A stretch of DNA of 45,119 bases, taken from contig CAYXQY010000007.1 in assembly GCA_964466525.1 (NCBI GenBank), positions 1 through 45,119 on the forward strand, read 5' to 3'. Below, in pieces: positions 10,069 through 18,180 of the stretch (position 1 is its first letter; each line of letters begins with the position of its first letter). The position numbers were made by a program, and so were the translations under genes. This DNA is from an uncultured Planctomycetia bacterium. GTDB lineage: Bacteria; Planctomycetota; MHYJ01; CAYXQY01. Under the pieces are notes generated by a model. That model was not told the DNA's origin. It ran no database searches and saw only the letters and a program-made list of their open reading frames with translations.

Positions 10069-10827
10069 ATGCCTGATACGACTGAAAAAACAGAATATAC
10101 GCTCCGGATCTTTCGAGGGGACGACGAAGAAGGTGAGTTTGTTGATTATGAGGTCCCCGTTCAGGAAGGGATGGTTGTACTGGATGCCATTCACTGGATC
10201 CAGGCGAACAAGGCACAGGATCTCGCCGTACGGTGGAATTGCAAATCCGGTCGCTGTGGTTCCTGTAGCATGGAGATTGATGGACAACCCGCACTTTCCT
10301 GCATGACTCGAATCGATGAGTTCGACCCGGGAGAAACCATCAAGGTAACACCCATGCAGACCTTTCCCATCATTAAAGATCTTGTCTGTGACGTGTCCTG
10401 GAACTACGAAGTGAACGAGACCATCGAGCCGTTTCAACCCGAGGACGACGAGGCGGAGGAGTTCACGTATTACCAGGAAGATCTGGAACGAGCCCGTGAG
10501 TTTCGAAAGTGCATCGAATGCTTTCTCTGTCAGGATGTCTGTCACGTGCTGCGTGAACACGATAAAAAGGAATCGTTTGGCGGCCCCCGTTACTTCGTTC
10601 GTACAGCCGCCCTGCATTTTCACCCGGAGGACGATGCTGATCGAAAAGAATGGTTAGCATCCGAACAAGGTGGAGTGGAACTCTGCAATATTACTCGTTG
10701 TTGTACGAATGTTTGTCCGGAAAACATCGTGATAACGGACAATGCAATTATTCCAATGAAAGAATACCTGGTGGATAATTATTATGATCCATTGCGCTGG
10801 CTCTGGACACAAGTCACCGGCGAGTAA
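10069..10827 (+). CDS. sdhB: succinate dehydrogenase/fumarate reductase iron-sulfur subunit
   Basis: 252 aa. 2Fe-2S cysteines in CKSGRCGSCSMEIDGQPALSC, a 4Fe-4S box CIECFLCQDVC and a third box CNITRCCTNVCP. Confidence 0.93.
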   Translation: MPDTTEKTEYTLRIFRGDDEEGEFVDYEVPVQEGMVVLDAIHWIQANKAQDLAVRWNCKSGRCGSCSMEIDGQPALSCMTRIDEFDPGETIKVTPMQTFPIIKDLVCDVSWNYEVNETIEPFQPEDDEAEEFTYYQEDLERAREFRKCIECFLCQDVCHVLREHDKKESFGGPRYFVRTAALHFHPEDDADRKEWLASEQGGVELCNITRCCTNVCPENIVITDNAIIPMKEYLVDNYYDPLRWLWTQVTGE

Positions 10828-10854
10828 CTACTACTCCTGCCTTTCTACTTCTGT

Positions 10855-11634
10855 TTGGAACATATACCGATCGATCGAAGCAGAAACAGCAACCGTAGCA
10901 AACAGGACTTCTTCTGGGCGGTAAGTGATCTTCATTTACACCCTTCCCGTCCGGGAGTAATACAGCATTTTCGCCAGTTTCTGGATCACGCTGCCGATTC
11001 CACAAACCGACTGTTCATACTCGGAGACCTTTTCGATTACTGGATTGGCCCTTACTCTTTCCACTCCGGTGAGTTTTCGGCGGTGTTTCACGCATTAAAA
11101 AAAGCGACAGAGGAGGGACTGAATATATCTTTTGTCGCCGGAAACCGTGATTTCTTAGCACGTCGAGACCTTGAACGTCAACTGTCAATAACCACGTATC
11201 GTGATTGTTGCGCACTCCGCTCCGAAAGTAGTTCATGGATCGGGATACACGGTGACACGCTCTGCCATCAGGATACGTCCTATCAATTCTATCGTCGCCT
11301 GATTCAGAATCGCTATATCGGGGATGTGATCCAGCGGTTTCCGGACGGAATCAAGTCGAAAATCATCCAGGACTTAAGGCAGGTTTCAAAACGTAAAATC
11401 GAACGGATGGACAGCCCCGGAAAGAAAATGAGCAGGTATCGGATCCGTTCACTCATGCGAAGTGGTGAAGGTTTTGAGCACCTCATCGCCGGCCACGCCC
11501 ATAAACCGGGTCATCACCGGATAACAGTCAATGGCTCTCAACGGTCCGTCTGGATTCTTGGGGACTGGTTTGAACCGGTGGACTGCACGTATTTCATCGG
11601 TCGCCCGGACCAATCAACCCTGGCTACATTCTAA
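10855..11634 (+). CDS. lpxH: UDP-2,3-diacylglucosamine diphosphatase
   Basis: Calcineurin-like metallophosphoesterase motifs in LpxH order: SDLHL, GDLFDYWIG, AGNRDF, HGDTLC and GHAHKP. TTG start as in the ORF track. Confidence 0.85.
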   Translation: MEHIPIDRSRNSNRSKQDFFWAVSDLHLHPSRPGVIQHFRQFLDHAADSTNRLFILGDLFDYWIGPYSFHSGEFSAVFHALKKATEEGLNISFVAGNRDFLARRDLERQLSITTYRDCCALRSESSSWIGIHGDTLCHQDTSYQFYRRLIQNRYIGDVIQRFPDGIKSKIIQDLRQVSKRKIERMDSPGKKMSRYRIRSLMRSGEGFEHLIAGHAHKPGHHRITVNGSQRSVWILGDWFEPVDCTYFIGRPDQSTLATF

Positions 11635-11729
11635 TTCCGACTTGCTCGATCCTTCCACATCCATCGTCGAGTCAATTCAACCCATCTCTAATCCACTCCA
11701 TCCCTTACGGGACGACCCCGTTATTTCAA

Positions 11730-12266
11730 TTATCCCTCGCTTTGATCAGGTACTCCCTCTTCAGGAGGATACATCAAAATACAAAACGCCAGGAGTACGG
11801 CTCCCGTCGTAATACCGGCATCCGCAACGTTGAAAACGGGCCACCTGTATTCCACGACAGGAATCTTGACGTCGATAAAATCCCGGACGTGCCCGAACAT
11901 CAGCCTATCGTAGAAATTGCCCATAGCTCCTCCCATGATCAGCCCAAGAGAAACCACAAAACACCGGCTTCCCAGATCAACCAGGGACGCCGGTTCGACG
12001 AGTGAATGGAGGAAAAACAGAAACAGAAACGGGATCACAAAGAGGTTGACGTAAAAGAGAAGGGTGTCGAATTCTGCGAACTGTCCCCAGATTGCCCCAC
12101 TGTTTTCTACCCGTGTAAACCGTAGGTGGTCAGGAATGATGATCAAAAATTGACCAGGTTCTGTAAGGATACTGAATATATATCGCTTGGAGGCAAGATC
12201 CAGAATGGACCAGAGAAAAACCACGACGAAAAACGATATAATTCGTCGTTCGGAAGATCTCGTCAT
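11730..12266 (-). CDS. lspA: lipoprotein signal peptidase (signal peptidase II)
   Basis: 178 aa and multi-TM. Motifs NSGAIWG, HVRDFIDV and WPVFNVADAGITTG. Its ATG shares one base with the stop of the upstream DksA-like gene (TAATG). Confidence 0.92.
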   Translation of the reverse strand: MTRSSERRIISFFVVVFLWSILDLASKRYIFSILTEPGQFLIIIPDHLRFTRVENSGAIWGQFAEFDTLLFYVNLFVIPFLFLFFLHSLVEPASLVDLGSRCFVVSLGLIMGGAMGNFYDRLMFGHVRDFIDVKIPVVEYRWPVFNVADAGITTGAVLLAFCILMYPPEEGVPDQSEG

Positions 12267-12670
12267 TACACGCCGCCGGTCTTTTCTTCAGATTCTTTCG
12301 CACAATCGATGCAGTACGGTGTATAGGGGATGGATTTCAGTCGATCCTCGTCAATCAATGCAGCACAACTCTCGCAGATGCCGTATTCCGGTGTGTCCTT
12401 CTTCTTCAACTTGTCAAGTGCGTCCTGCACCTGGTCGAGTTCTTTCTGTTCCCTCTTCATTTCATCAATTCCGCGTGTTTGTTCGTACACGTCCGTCCCC
12501 TTGTCCGCGTTATGCTCAGACAGACTCGAGAGATCTCCGGATAAGTCCTGCGTACCGGTGAAGGTGCTTTCCTCAAGACGGGAAAGATCTTCTCGAAGTG
12601 AATGAAGGCGATCCTCAAGTTTCTCCGTTAGTTCTTCTAATAACTCTTCGGGCAGGATCTGTTCGGACAT
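12266..12670 (-). CDS. DksA/TraR-family C4-type zinc-finger protein
   Basis: 134 aa. Acidic coiled-coil N-terminus and C-terminal CESC-x17-CIDC. It starts 21 nt after rpmC and overlaps the lspA start. Confidence 0.85.
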   Translation of the reverse strand: MSEQILPEELLEELTEKLEDRLHSLREDLSRLEESTFTGTQDLSGDLSSLSEHNADKGTDVYEQTRGIDEMKREQKELDQVQDALDKLKKKDTPEYGICESCAALIDEDRLKSIPYTPYCIDCAKESEEKTGGV

Positions 12671-12691
12671 ATCTGTATCGGAGAAACAGAA

Positions 12692-12904
12692 TTACGCTTC
12701 CGCCGCAGGGTCTGCGTCATGTTCACGCTCATTGAGGACGGTCAATATCCGGGCAATATCACGTTTTGTTTTTTCGAACTTTGACGGATCTTCGATGACG
12801 TCCGTAACCCGTTTGAACCTCAGATTTGAGAGGGCCTCACGTTTTTCACCAAGCAAGTTGTGAAGTTCTTCTTCCGTTCTGTCGCGAAGCTCTTCGGGTC
12901 TCAT
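12692..12904 (-). CDS. rpmC: 50S ribosomal protein L29
   Basis: 70 aa. MRPEELRDRTEEELHNLLGEKREALSNLRFK. Position after rplP. Confidence 0.93.
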   Translation of the reverse strand: MRPEELRDRTEEELHNLLGEKREALSNLRFKRVTDVIEDPSKFEKTKRDIARILTVLNEREHDADPAAEA

Positions 12905-12907
12905 GGC

Positions 12908-13327
12908 TTATTGAAGTGGTTTCCGTTCGGAGAGTTTACAGCGAACAGGCATCTTATGGGCAGCACGATTAAACGCCTCTCGTGCCAGCTCTTTGTCCAC
13001 ACCGGCAATCTCAAACAGCATAGCCCCTTCCTTGACGTCAGCGGCATAGTAATCGGGCTCCCCTTTCCCTTTCCCCATCCTTGTTTCAGCCGGAGTCGTG
13101 GTGTAGGGCTTGTCCGGGAAAATACGTATCCATAAATTGCCCGCCTCGCCGATCACCTTATTGATCGCAATTCGACAGGCCTCGATTTCATCCGCTTTAA
13201 TCCGTCCACTCTCAAGCGTTTGTAGTCCATATTGTCCGAAAGCGACTGTATTCCCCCGATTTGCTTTTCCACGGATTTTACCGCGGTGGTGTTTCCGGTG
13301 TTTAATCCTCTTCGGCATAAAGCGCAT
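12908..13327 (-). CDS. rplP: 50S ribosomal protein L16
   Basis: MRFMPKRIKHRKHHRGKIRG...; GAGGAGG lies about 6-8 nt upstream of ATG 13327. The ORF track's longer start 13357 lies deep inside rpsC. ATG 13318 (MPKR) is an alternative. Confidence 0.93.
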   Translation of the reverse strand: MRFMPKRIKHRKHHRGKIRGKANRGNTVAFGQYGLQTLESGRIKADEIEACRIAINKVIGEAGNLWIRIFPDKPYTTTPAETRMGKGKGEPDYYAADVKEGAMLFEIAGVDKELAREAFNRAAHKMPVRCKLSERKPLQ

Positions 13328-13985
13328 CTTTCTTATCCTCCTCTGAAAGAATTTCACCTTTATTGATCCATACTTTGACTCCGATCGAACCCTTCTTGAT
13401 CACAGCAAGAGAAAACCCATAATCAATTCGGGCCCGCAACGTATGAAGTGGTATACTTCCCTCCTCCATCTGCTCAACACGTGCAATTTCCGATCCACCA
13501 ATCCGACCGGACACTTTGATCTTTGCCCCTTCCGCACCGTTATCCATTGCGGCATCAATTGCCCGTCTCATTTCTCGTCGATGTCCACTTCGTCTCCTCA
13601 GTGCATCAGCTATGGATTCCGATACAAGCTGAGCATCCAGTTGAGGATCTTCAACTTCGAGTATTTTCAGTTCGACCTGCTGATCAATCAGATCAGACAC
13701 TTCTTCCGTCATCTGCTTCACCCGGTTCCCCCGACGTCCAATAAGCAAACCGGCACTTGCGGTGTGGACATAAATACGGATCAGTTCCCCCTTGCTTAGA
13801 TCCTTCTTCCGTTCTATGACGATTTTGGAAATGCCGGCATAATCATAGTTCTCACGTATAAACTCCCGTATCTCCTGATCCTGAACGAGATATTTTCCGA
13901 AATCATCGTCGTTGGCATACCACTTACTTTTCCAATTTTCGACGATACCTACACGAATTCCTATTGGATTTACTTTCTGTCCCAT
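13302..13985 (-). CDS. rpsC: 30S ribosomal protein S3
   Basis: MGQKVNPIGIRVGI..., KH domain, acidic C-terminal extension SEEDKKDALYAEED. Confidence 0.97.
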   Translation of the reverse strand: MGQKVNPIGIRVGIVENWKSKWYANDDDFGKYLVQDQEIREFIRENYDYAGISKIVIERKKDLSKGELIRIYVHTASAGLLIGRRGNRVKQMTEEVSDLIDQQVELKILEVEDPQLDAQLVSESIADALRRRSGHRREMRRAIDAAMDNGAEGAKIKVSGRIGGSEIARVEQMEEGSIPLHTLRARIDYGFSLAVIKKGSIGVKVWINKGEILSEEDKKDALYAEED

Positions 13986-14037
13986 ACTGTTCCTCTTCTT
14001 TTTTGCGGACGATCAAAATGAATACGAAAATTCATGA

Positions 14038-14412
14038 TCACACCTCCTCTTCCGGACACAAAATCATCTCCACGTGAGTGGTCTTCTTGTTTTTCGCTGT
14101 GGCCCGACCACGTGCACGGGGCATCCATCGCTTGTACGTCGTGCCTTCGTTAATACGAAGCGTATCAATGACGAGACGTTCCGGGTTTACATCCAGATCC
14201 TTCTCCGTAATTACGTACTCCGCATTCGACACGGCGGAACGGAGAAGCTTATCCAGAAAATACGCACCACGCCTGGATGAGTCCGCGAGGATGTTCTGAG
14301 CGTCCATCACATTGTGATCCCGGATCATATCCCCGACATACCTCATCTTTTGCGGGGTGATGCGTGAAAAACTTAACTTTGCACGGAATGTCTTTGTATC
14401 TTCGTCAGCCAT
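14038..14412 (-). CDS. rplV: 50S ribosomal protein L22
   Basis: 124 aa. RITPQKMRYVGDMIR...RWMPRARGRA. A GGAGG Shine-Dalgarno lies 6 nt upstream of the ATG. Confidence 0.95.
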   Translation of the reverse strand: MADEDTKTFRAKLSFSRITPQKMRYVGDMIRDHNVMDAQNILADSSRRGAYFLDKLLRSAVSNAEYVITEKDLDVNPERLVIDTLRINEGTTYKRWMPRARGRATAKNKKTTHVEMILCPEEEV

Positions 14413-14537
14413 TTTTTGCCTCCAGACAACATCGATAATCGATCCAGCGATGATCGATCGTACGGATTGTAATCCATACGAATAAATTCACCCGGAATAA
14501 GGCACGGGAAGAAATCGAACACACGTCATCAACGGAC

Positions 14538-14837
14538 CTATCCCGGTTTGCGTTTTTTTGCCTGTGCAGCCCCTGCCGTGATACCCGGGTGTCCGTGAAA
14601 CGTCCTCGTTTTTGAAAATTCACCAAGTTTGTGTCCAATCATCTCCTCCGTGGCACGAACCGGAACGAATTTCTTGCCGTTATAGACAAGAAATGTATGA
14701 CCGATAAATTCAGGCACGATCGTGCATGACCGTGACCATGTTTTAATCGGTTCATCGTCCCCTGTTTCCTTCTGCTCAATCACCTTCCGGAGCAAGTTCC
14801 GATCTACGTATGGCCCTTTACTTACTGATCTGCTCAT
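14538..14837 (-). CDS. rpsS: 30S ribosomal protein S19
   Basis: [12 protein letters not shown]...[14 protein letters not shown]...GHKLGEF..TRTFHGH. Confidence 0.96.
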   Translation of the reverse strand: MSRSVSKGPYVDRNLLRKVIEQKETGDDEPIKTWSRSCTIVPEFIGHTFLVYNGKKFVPVRATEEMIGHKLGEFSKTRTFHGHPGITAGAAQAKKRKPG

Positions 14838-14888
14838 GATGCATGTTCGTTATAACCTGATCCTGGAAAAGTTAAACCTCAAAAAAAC

Positions 14889-15731
14889 CTACTGCTGAAA
14901 ACGTCCGCGCTCACGACCACGGATTATCAAATCCGAACTTTGTTTTTTCTTACTCCGGGTCTTTCCCCCTTTTGCCTTGCGTCCCTTGCGTGAACAGGGA
15001 TGCCGTCCACCGGAGCGATGTCCTTCACCGCCTCCCATTGGGTGTGAAACCGGATTCATGGAATTTCCGGTCACGTTCGGTTTTTTTCCTCGATGTCTAT
15101 TTCGTCCAGCCTTGCCAAGTTCGACCTCGTTGGCATCGACGTTCCCGAGTTGACCAACTGTGGCACGACAGTTTTTATGGACTTTTCGTAGTTCCTTACT
15201 GGGAAGCAAGATAATTGCGTGACGACCTTCGAATCCACGGAGTGTCGCCTGACCGCCGGCGCTTCTTACCAGCTCCCCTCCCGCGCCGGGCTTTAACTCG
15301 ATGTTGTGGACGGACAATCCTGTAGGAATACTTCGTAGTGGCATACAGTTTCCGGGGTCCGGTTCCACTTTTTGCCCCGACATTACCGTATCACCGACGT
15401 TTAGATTTTTCGGACAGAGTATATATCGTTTCTCTCCGTCGGAATACTCAAGAAGAGCAATGTCCACGTTTCGGTTGGGATCGTACTCTATGGCCTGAAC
15501 TTCAGCCTGCACGTCATCCTTTTTTCGTTTGAAGTCGATAATCCGATACCGACGTTTGTGTCCCCCCCCCTGTTTTTCAACGGATTTATGTCCAAAGTTG
15601 TTCCGCCCGCCCTTGCGTGGCAGAGGGGTGGTCAGTCGTTTTTCAGGTTCATCCTTCGTAATACGTGAACGGTCACGTCCGGAGCCGTGCCTTCGTCCCG
15701 GCGATGTCGGTTTGTATTTTTTCTGTGCCAT
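14889..15731 (-). CDS. rplB: 50S ribosomal protein L2
   Basis: 280 aa. GRNNFGH...GGGHKRRYRIIDFKR...MNPVSHPMGGGEG. Confidence 0.98.
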   Translation of the reverse strand: MAQKKYKPTSPGRRHGSGRDRSRITKDEPEKRLTTPLPRKGGRNNFGHKSVEKQGGGHKRRYRIIDFKRKKDDVQAEVQAIEYDPNRNVDIALLEYSDGEKRYILCPKNLNVGDTVMSGQKVEPDPGNCMPLRSIPTGLSVHNIELKPGAGGELVRSAGGQATLRGFEGRHAIILLPSKELRKVHKNCRATVGQLGNVDANEVELGKAGRNRHRGKKPNVTGNSMNPVSHPMGGGEGHRSGGRHPCSRKGRKAKGGKTRSKKKQSSDLIIRGRERGRFQQ

Positions 15732-15750
15732 TGGACTTTTCTACAACCTG

Positions 15751-16029
15751 TTAAATTAAATCGATCTGATACGTTGGTTTCAGTGTTACCAGCGCCTTTT
15801 TGATGGATGGGGTCTCCCCTTCCTGAAACCGAAAACTGCGGGTCTTTCCTTTCTGGTTCATCGTACGCACATCTTCGACTTCGACGTCAAACATCTTTTC
15901 GACAGCGTTGCGGATCTGAATTTTATTAGCATCCTCCCTTACACGAAACGTGTATGTGTTGTCCTCATCCTGTAGCCGATAACTCTTTTCGGTCAGGATC
16001 GGCTTTATGACAATCTCTTCCGGTTCCAT
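15751..16029 (-). CDS. rplW: 50S ribosomal protein L23
   Basis: 92 aa. IKPILTEKS...YTFRV...ANKIQIRNAVEKMFDVEV. Position between rplD and rplB. Confidence 0.95.
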   Translation of the reverse strand: MEPEEIVIKPILTEKSYRLQDEDNTYTFRVREDANKIQIRNAVEKMFDVEVEDVRTMNQKGKTRSFRFQEGETPSIKKALVTLKPTYQIDLI

Positions 16030-16691
16030 TATTCTTCTCCGTCAGACGAAATTCCATGAAGCTGTTTCGCACGTTTCTCCGCGTAAGATTTGAACGCCGG
16101 CCGTTCGAGAATGACACATTTTTTCCGAAGGACTTCATACGCGTTCGTGTCTTTTGCAGGCTTCAGCTGCACGTCCGGCAGGTTACGGGTGGCAAGGTGA
16201 GCTTTTCGTTTGCCCCCGTCAGTCAGGACCAACAGCGAGTCCTCCTTCACTCCAATACTATCAAGTACTTCCTCAGCAAGTTTCGTTTTGGGCTGAGGGA
16301 GATCAAAATCTTCAACGAGGAACAACTCGTCATCAACCAGCTTGGCCAGGAACGCATTGTCAAGCGCAAGACGTTTCATTTTCTTCGGCAACTTCTTCGA
16401 GTAATCACGAGGTTGAGGTCCGAAAGCCAGACCACCACCCACCCAGATCGGTGATCCGCGCTCCCCGTGTCGTGCTCGTCCGGTGTTCTTTTGAGGCCAC
16501 GGCTTGATGTTGCTGTAAGCCGTATCCGATCGGCGCTTCGTGTTGGCGGCCCCTTTTCGCTGGTTTGCTTCGTACACGGTGATCGCCTGATGAAGAAGAG
16601 GTATATTCACCTCTTCCCCGAAAATCTCGGGTTCAACCTCCACCTCATCCACCTCGTTGCCCTGTTTGTCAAATACTGGGATATCAAACAT
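16029..16691 (-). CDS. rplD: 50S ribosomal protein L4
   Basis: 220 aa. KPWPQKNTGRARHGERGSPIWVGGGLAFGP. Confidence 0.96.
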   Translation of the reverse strand: MFDIPVFDKQGNEVDEVEVEPEIFGEEVNIPLLHQAITVYEANQRKGAANTKRRSDTAYSNIKPWPQKNTGRARHGERGSPIWVGGGLAFGPQPRDYSKKLPKKMKRLALDNAFLAKLVDDELFLVEDFDLPQPKTKLAEEVLDSIGVKEDSLLVLTDGGKRKAHLATRNLPDVQLKPAKDTNAYEVLRKKCVILERPAFKSYAEKRAKQLHGISSDGEE

Positions 16692-17331
16692 GGTCTTGTT
16701 CGTTCTTGCAGATAGTTATACGTAAAATACCGTCTTCCGGACCGGGCACAGATCCCTTCACCAGCAGAGCATCCCGGTCGGGATCGACCCTCACCACGGT
16801 CAAATTTTCCATTGTCTTTGTATCCCCTCCATATTGCCCCGGCATTTTCTTTCCCTTGAACACCCTGGAAGGATCCGCTGCCTGCCCGGTGGAACCGGGT
16901 TCTCGCACATTCCGGGACCCATGGCTTTTCGGTCCAGTAGACGCCCCATGGCGCTTAACCATTCCGGAAAAACCATGTCCTTTCGACGTTCCCTGAACAT
17001 CCACTTTTTCAACGTCCTCAAAAATCTCAACGGTAATTTCATCACCCGGTTCGTACGTCTCCGGATCATCTACAGCGAACTCGCTGAGATGTTTTCTGGG
17101 TTCCACTCCCGCTTTTTTAAAATGTCCTGCATACGGCTGGTTTCGTCGCTCGCTTTTGCTCGCCTCCCCAAAGCCAAGTTGAACAGCTTCATAACCATCA
17201 CGGTCCTCCGTTTTTCTCTGCACCACCACACACGGACCTGCCTTTATGACGGTAACGGGGATAGCCGTTCCCTCACCCTCAAAGACCTGAGTCATACCCG
17301 CTTTTTTTCCGATAAGTCCTATAACACTCAT
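16684..17331 (-). CDS. rplC: 50S ribosomal protein L3
   Basis: 215 aa. GLIGKKAGMTQVF...VQGTSKGHGFSGMVKRHG. Confidence 0.97.
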   Translation of the reverse strand: MSVIGLIGKKAGMTQVFEGEGTAIPVTVIKAGPCVVVQRKTEDRDGYEAVQLGFGEASKSERRNQPYAGHFKKAGVEPRKHLSEFAVDDPETYEPGDEITVEIFEDVEKVDVQGTSKGHGFSGMVKRHGASTGPKSHGSRNVREPGSTGQAADPSRVFKGKKMPGQYGGDTKTMENLTVVRVDPDRDALLVKGSVPGPEDGILRITICKNEQDHV

Positions 17332-17349
17332 AAGTTCTTTGTGAAATAG

Positions 17350-17658
17350 TTATGCTTTGATTCGAATTTCCACTCCGGCCGGCACGTTTAAGTTCTTCAG
17401 CTCGTCAATGGTCTTCACGGTCGGTTCCGTGATGTCAATCAGCCGCTTGTGCGTCCGTATTTCAAACTGTTCTCGTGACTTCTTGTTAATGTGCGGTGAG
17501 CGGAGGACCGTGTACCGCTCCACATCCGTTGGTAGCGGAACGGGTCCATGCACCCTTGCCCCGCTTTTTTTGGCACGATCCACAATTTCCTCGGCGGACT
17601 GATCAATAATTTCGTGATCGTACGCTTCAATCCGAATTCTTATGCGATCTTGGTCCAT
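17350..17658 (-). CDS. rpsJ: 30S ribosomal protein S10
   Basis: 102 aa. [16 protein letters not shown]...GPVPLPT...[18 protein letters not shown]. Confidence 0.97.
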   Translation of the reverse strand: MDQDRIRIRIEAYDHEIIDQSAEEIVDRAKKSGARVHGPVPLPTDVERYTVLRSPHINKKSREQFEIRTHKRLIDITEPTVKTIDELKNLNVPAGVEIRIKA

Positions 17659-17712
17659 AGAACAGGAACGAATAACGAAGAAATATAGAAGACAATGAAT
17701 AGGATTGCTAAT

Positions 17713-17740
17713 ATTATAACGAATTATCGAAGGAAGTCAA
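17713..17740 (-). promoter_or_regulatory. sigma70-type promoter of the S10 operon (TTGACT-16-TATAAT)
   Basis: The reverse strand reads TTGACT tccttcgataattcgt TATAAT. The -10 element is about 55 nt upstream of the rpsJ ATG. Confidence 0.6.
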
Positions 17741-17797
17741 ACAAAATTCTGTTGCTCAAAATTCCCGGACACGGTCGTATACATATACCCCGAAACA

Positions 17798-18136
17798 TCA
17801 GTTGACACGATCAAACAAACATTCACCAACGTGAATCTGTCCGGGATCTATCCAGAGTCCGACAGCCATGATTTTCTGGATCTCATTGTGATGGCTCGCG
17901 GGTGGATGTGTTTCCTCCATTCCATCAGAACAAGAATTGCGAAAACGTTCGTAATACCGCTTTATGATTTTACCTGTTCCGAAGCGGATCAGGGACAAAT
18001 GAAACCTGCGTGTCGTGGCATCAAAATTTAAAATTTGTAACATGTATTTCGGTGTTGTAAAATAGGATTCTCCTATCTTCGTAGGGCAGAAACCAATCAA
18101 ACTGGGGTATTCACTTTTCGGGAATTCCGTCCACAT
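17798..18136 (-). CDS. hypothetical protein (orphan ORF, weak support)
   Basis: 112-aa ORF with no motif I recognise, in an AT-richer stretch between the yjbQ start and the S10 promoter. It may be non-coding. Confidence 0.3.
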   Translation of the reverse strand: MWTEFPKSEYPSLIGFCPTKIGESYFTTPKYMLQILNFDATTRRFHLSLIRFGTGKIIKRYYERFRNSCSDGMEETHPPASHHNEIQKIMAVGLWIDPGQIHVGECLFDRVN

Positions 18137-18180
18137 CCCGAATACCGTATTTTGTATTTATCGAGGTTCAGGAACGCATT

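Noticed and set aside
10063-10623. 186-aa minus-strand ORF antisense to sdhB
   Set aside because: A shadow ORF inside a gene with clear Fe-S motifs on the other strand.
15551-15560. Run of nine C (G9 on the coding strand) inside rplB as a possible slippage or frameshift site. Shorter G runs occur in dnaB (about 3661) and murB (about 25843).
   Set aside because: The reading frames are intact across the runs, and they encode the conserved Gly-Gly-Gly of L2 (KQGGGHKRRY). There is no evidence of a frameshift.
16834-17349. 171-aa plus-strand ORF antisense to rplC. Similar shadow ORFs occur opposite rplD, rplB and rpsC.
   Set aside because: It overlaps highly conserved ribosomal protein genes, and the translation has no recognisable features.
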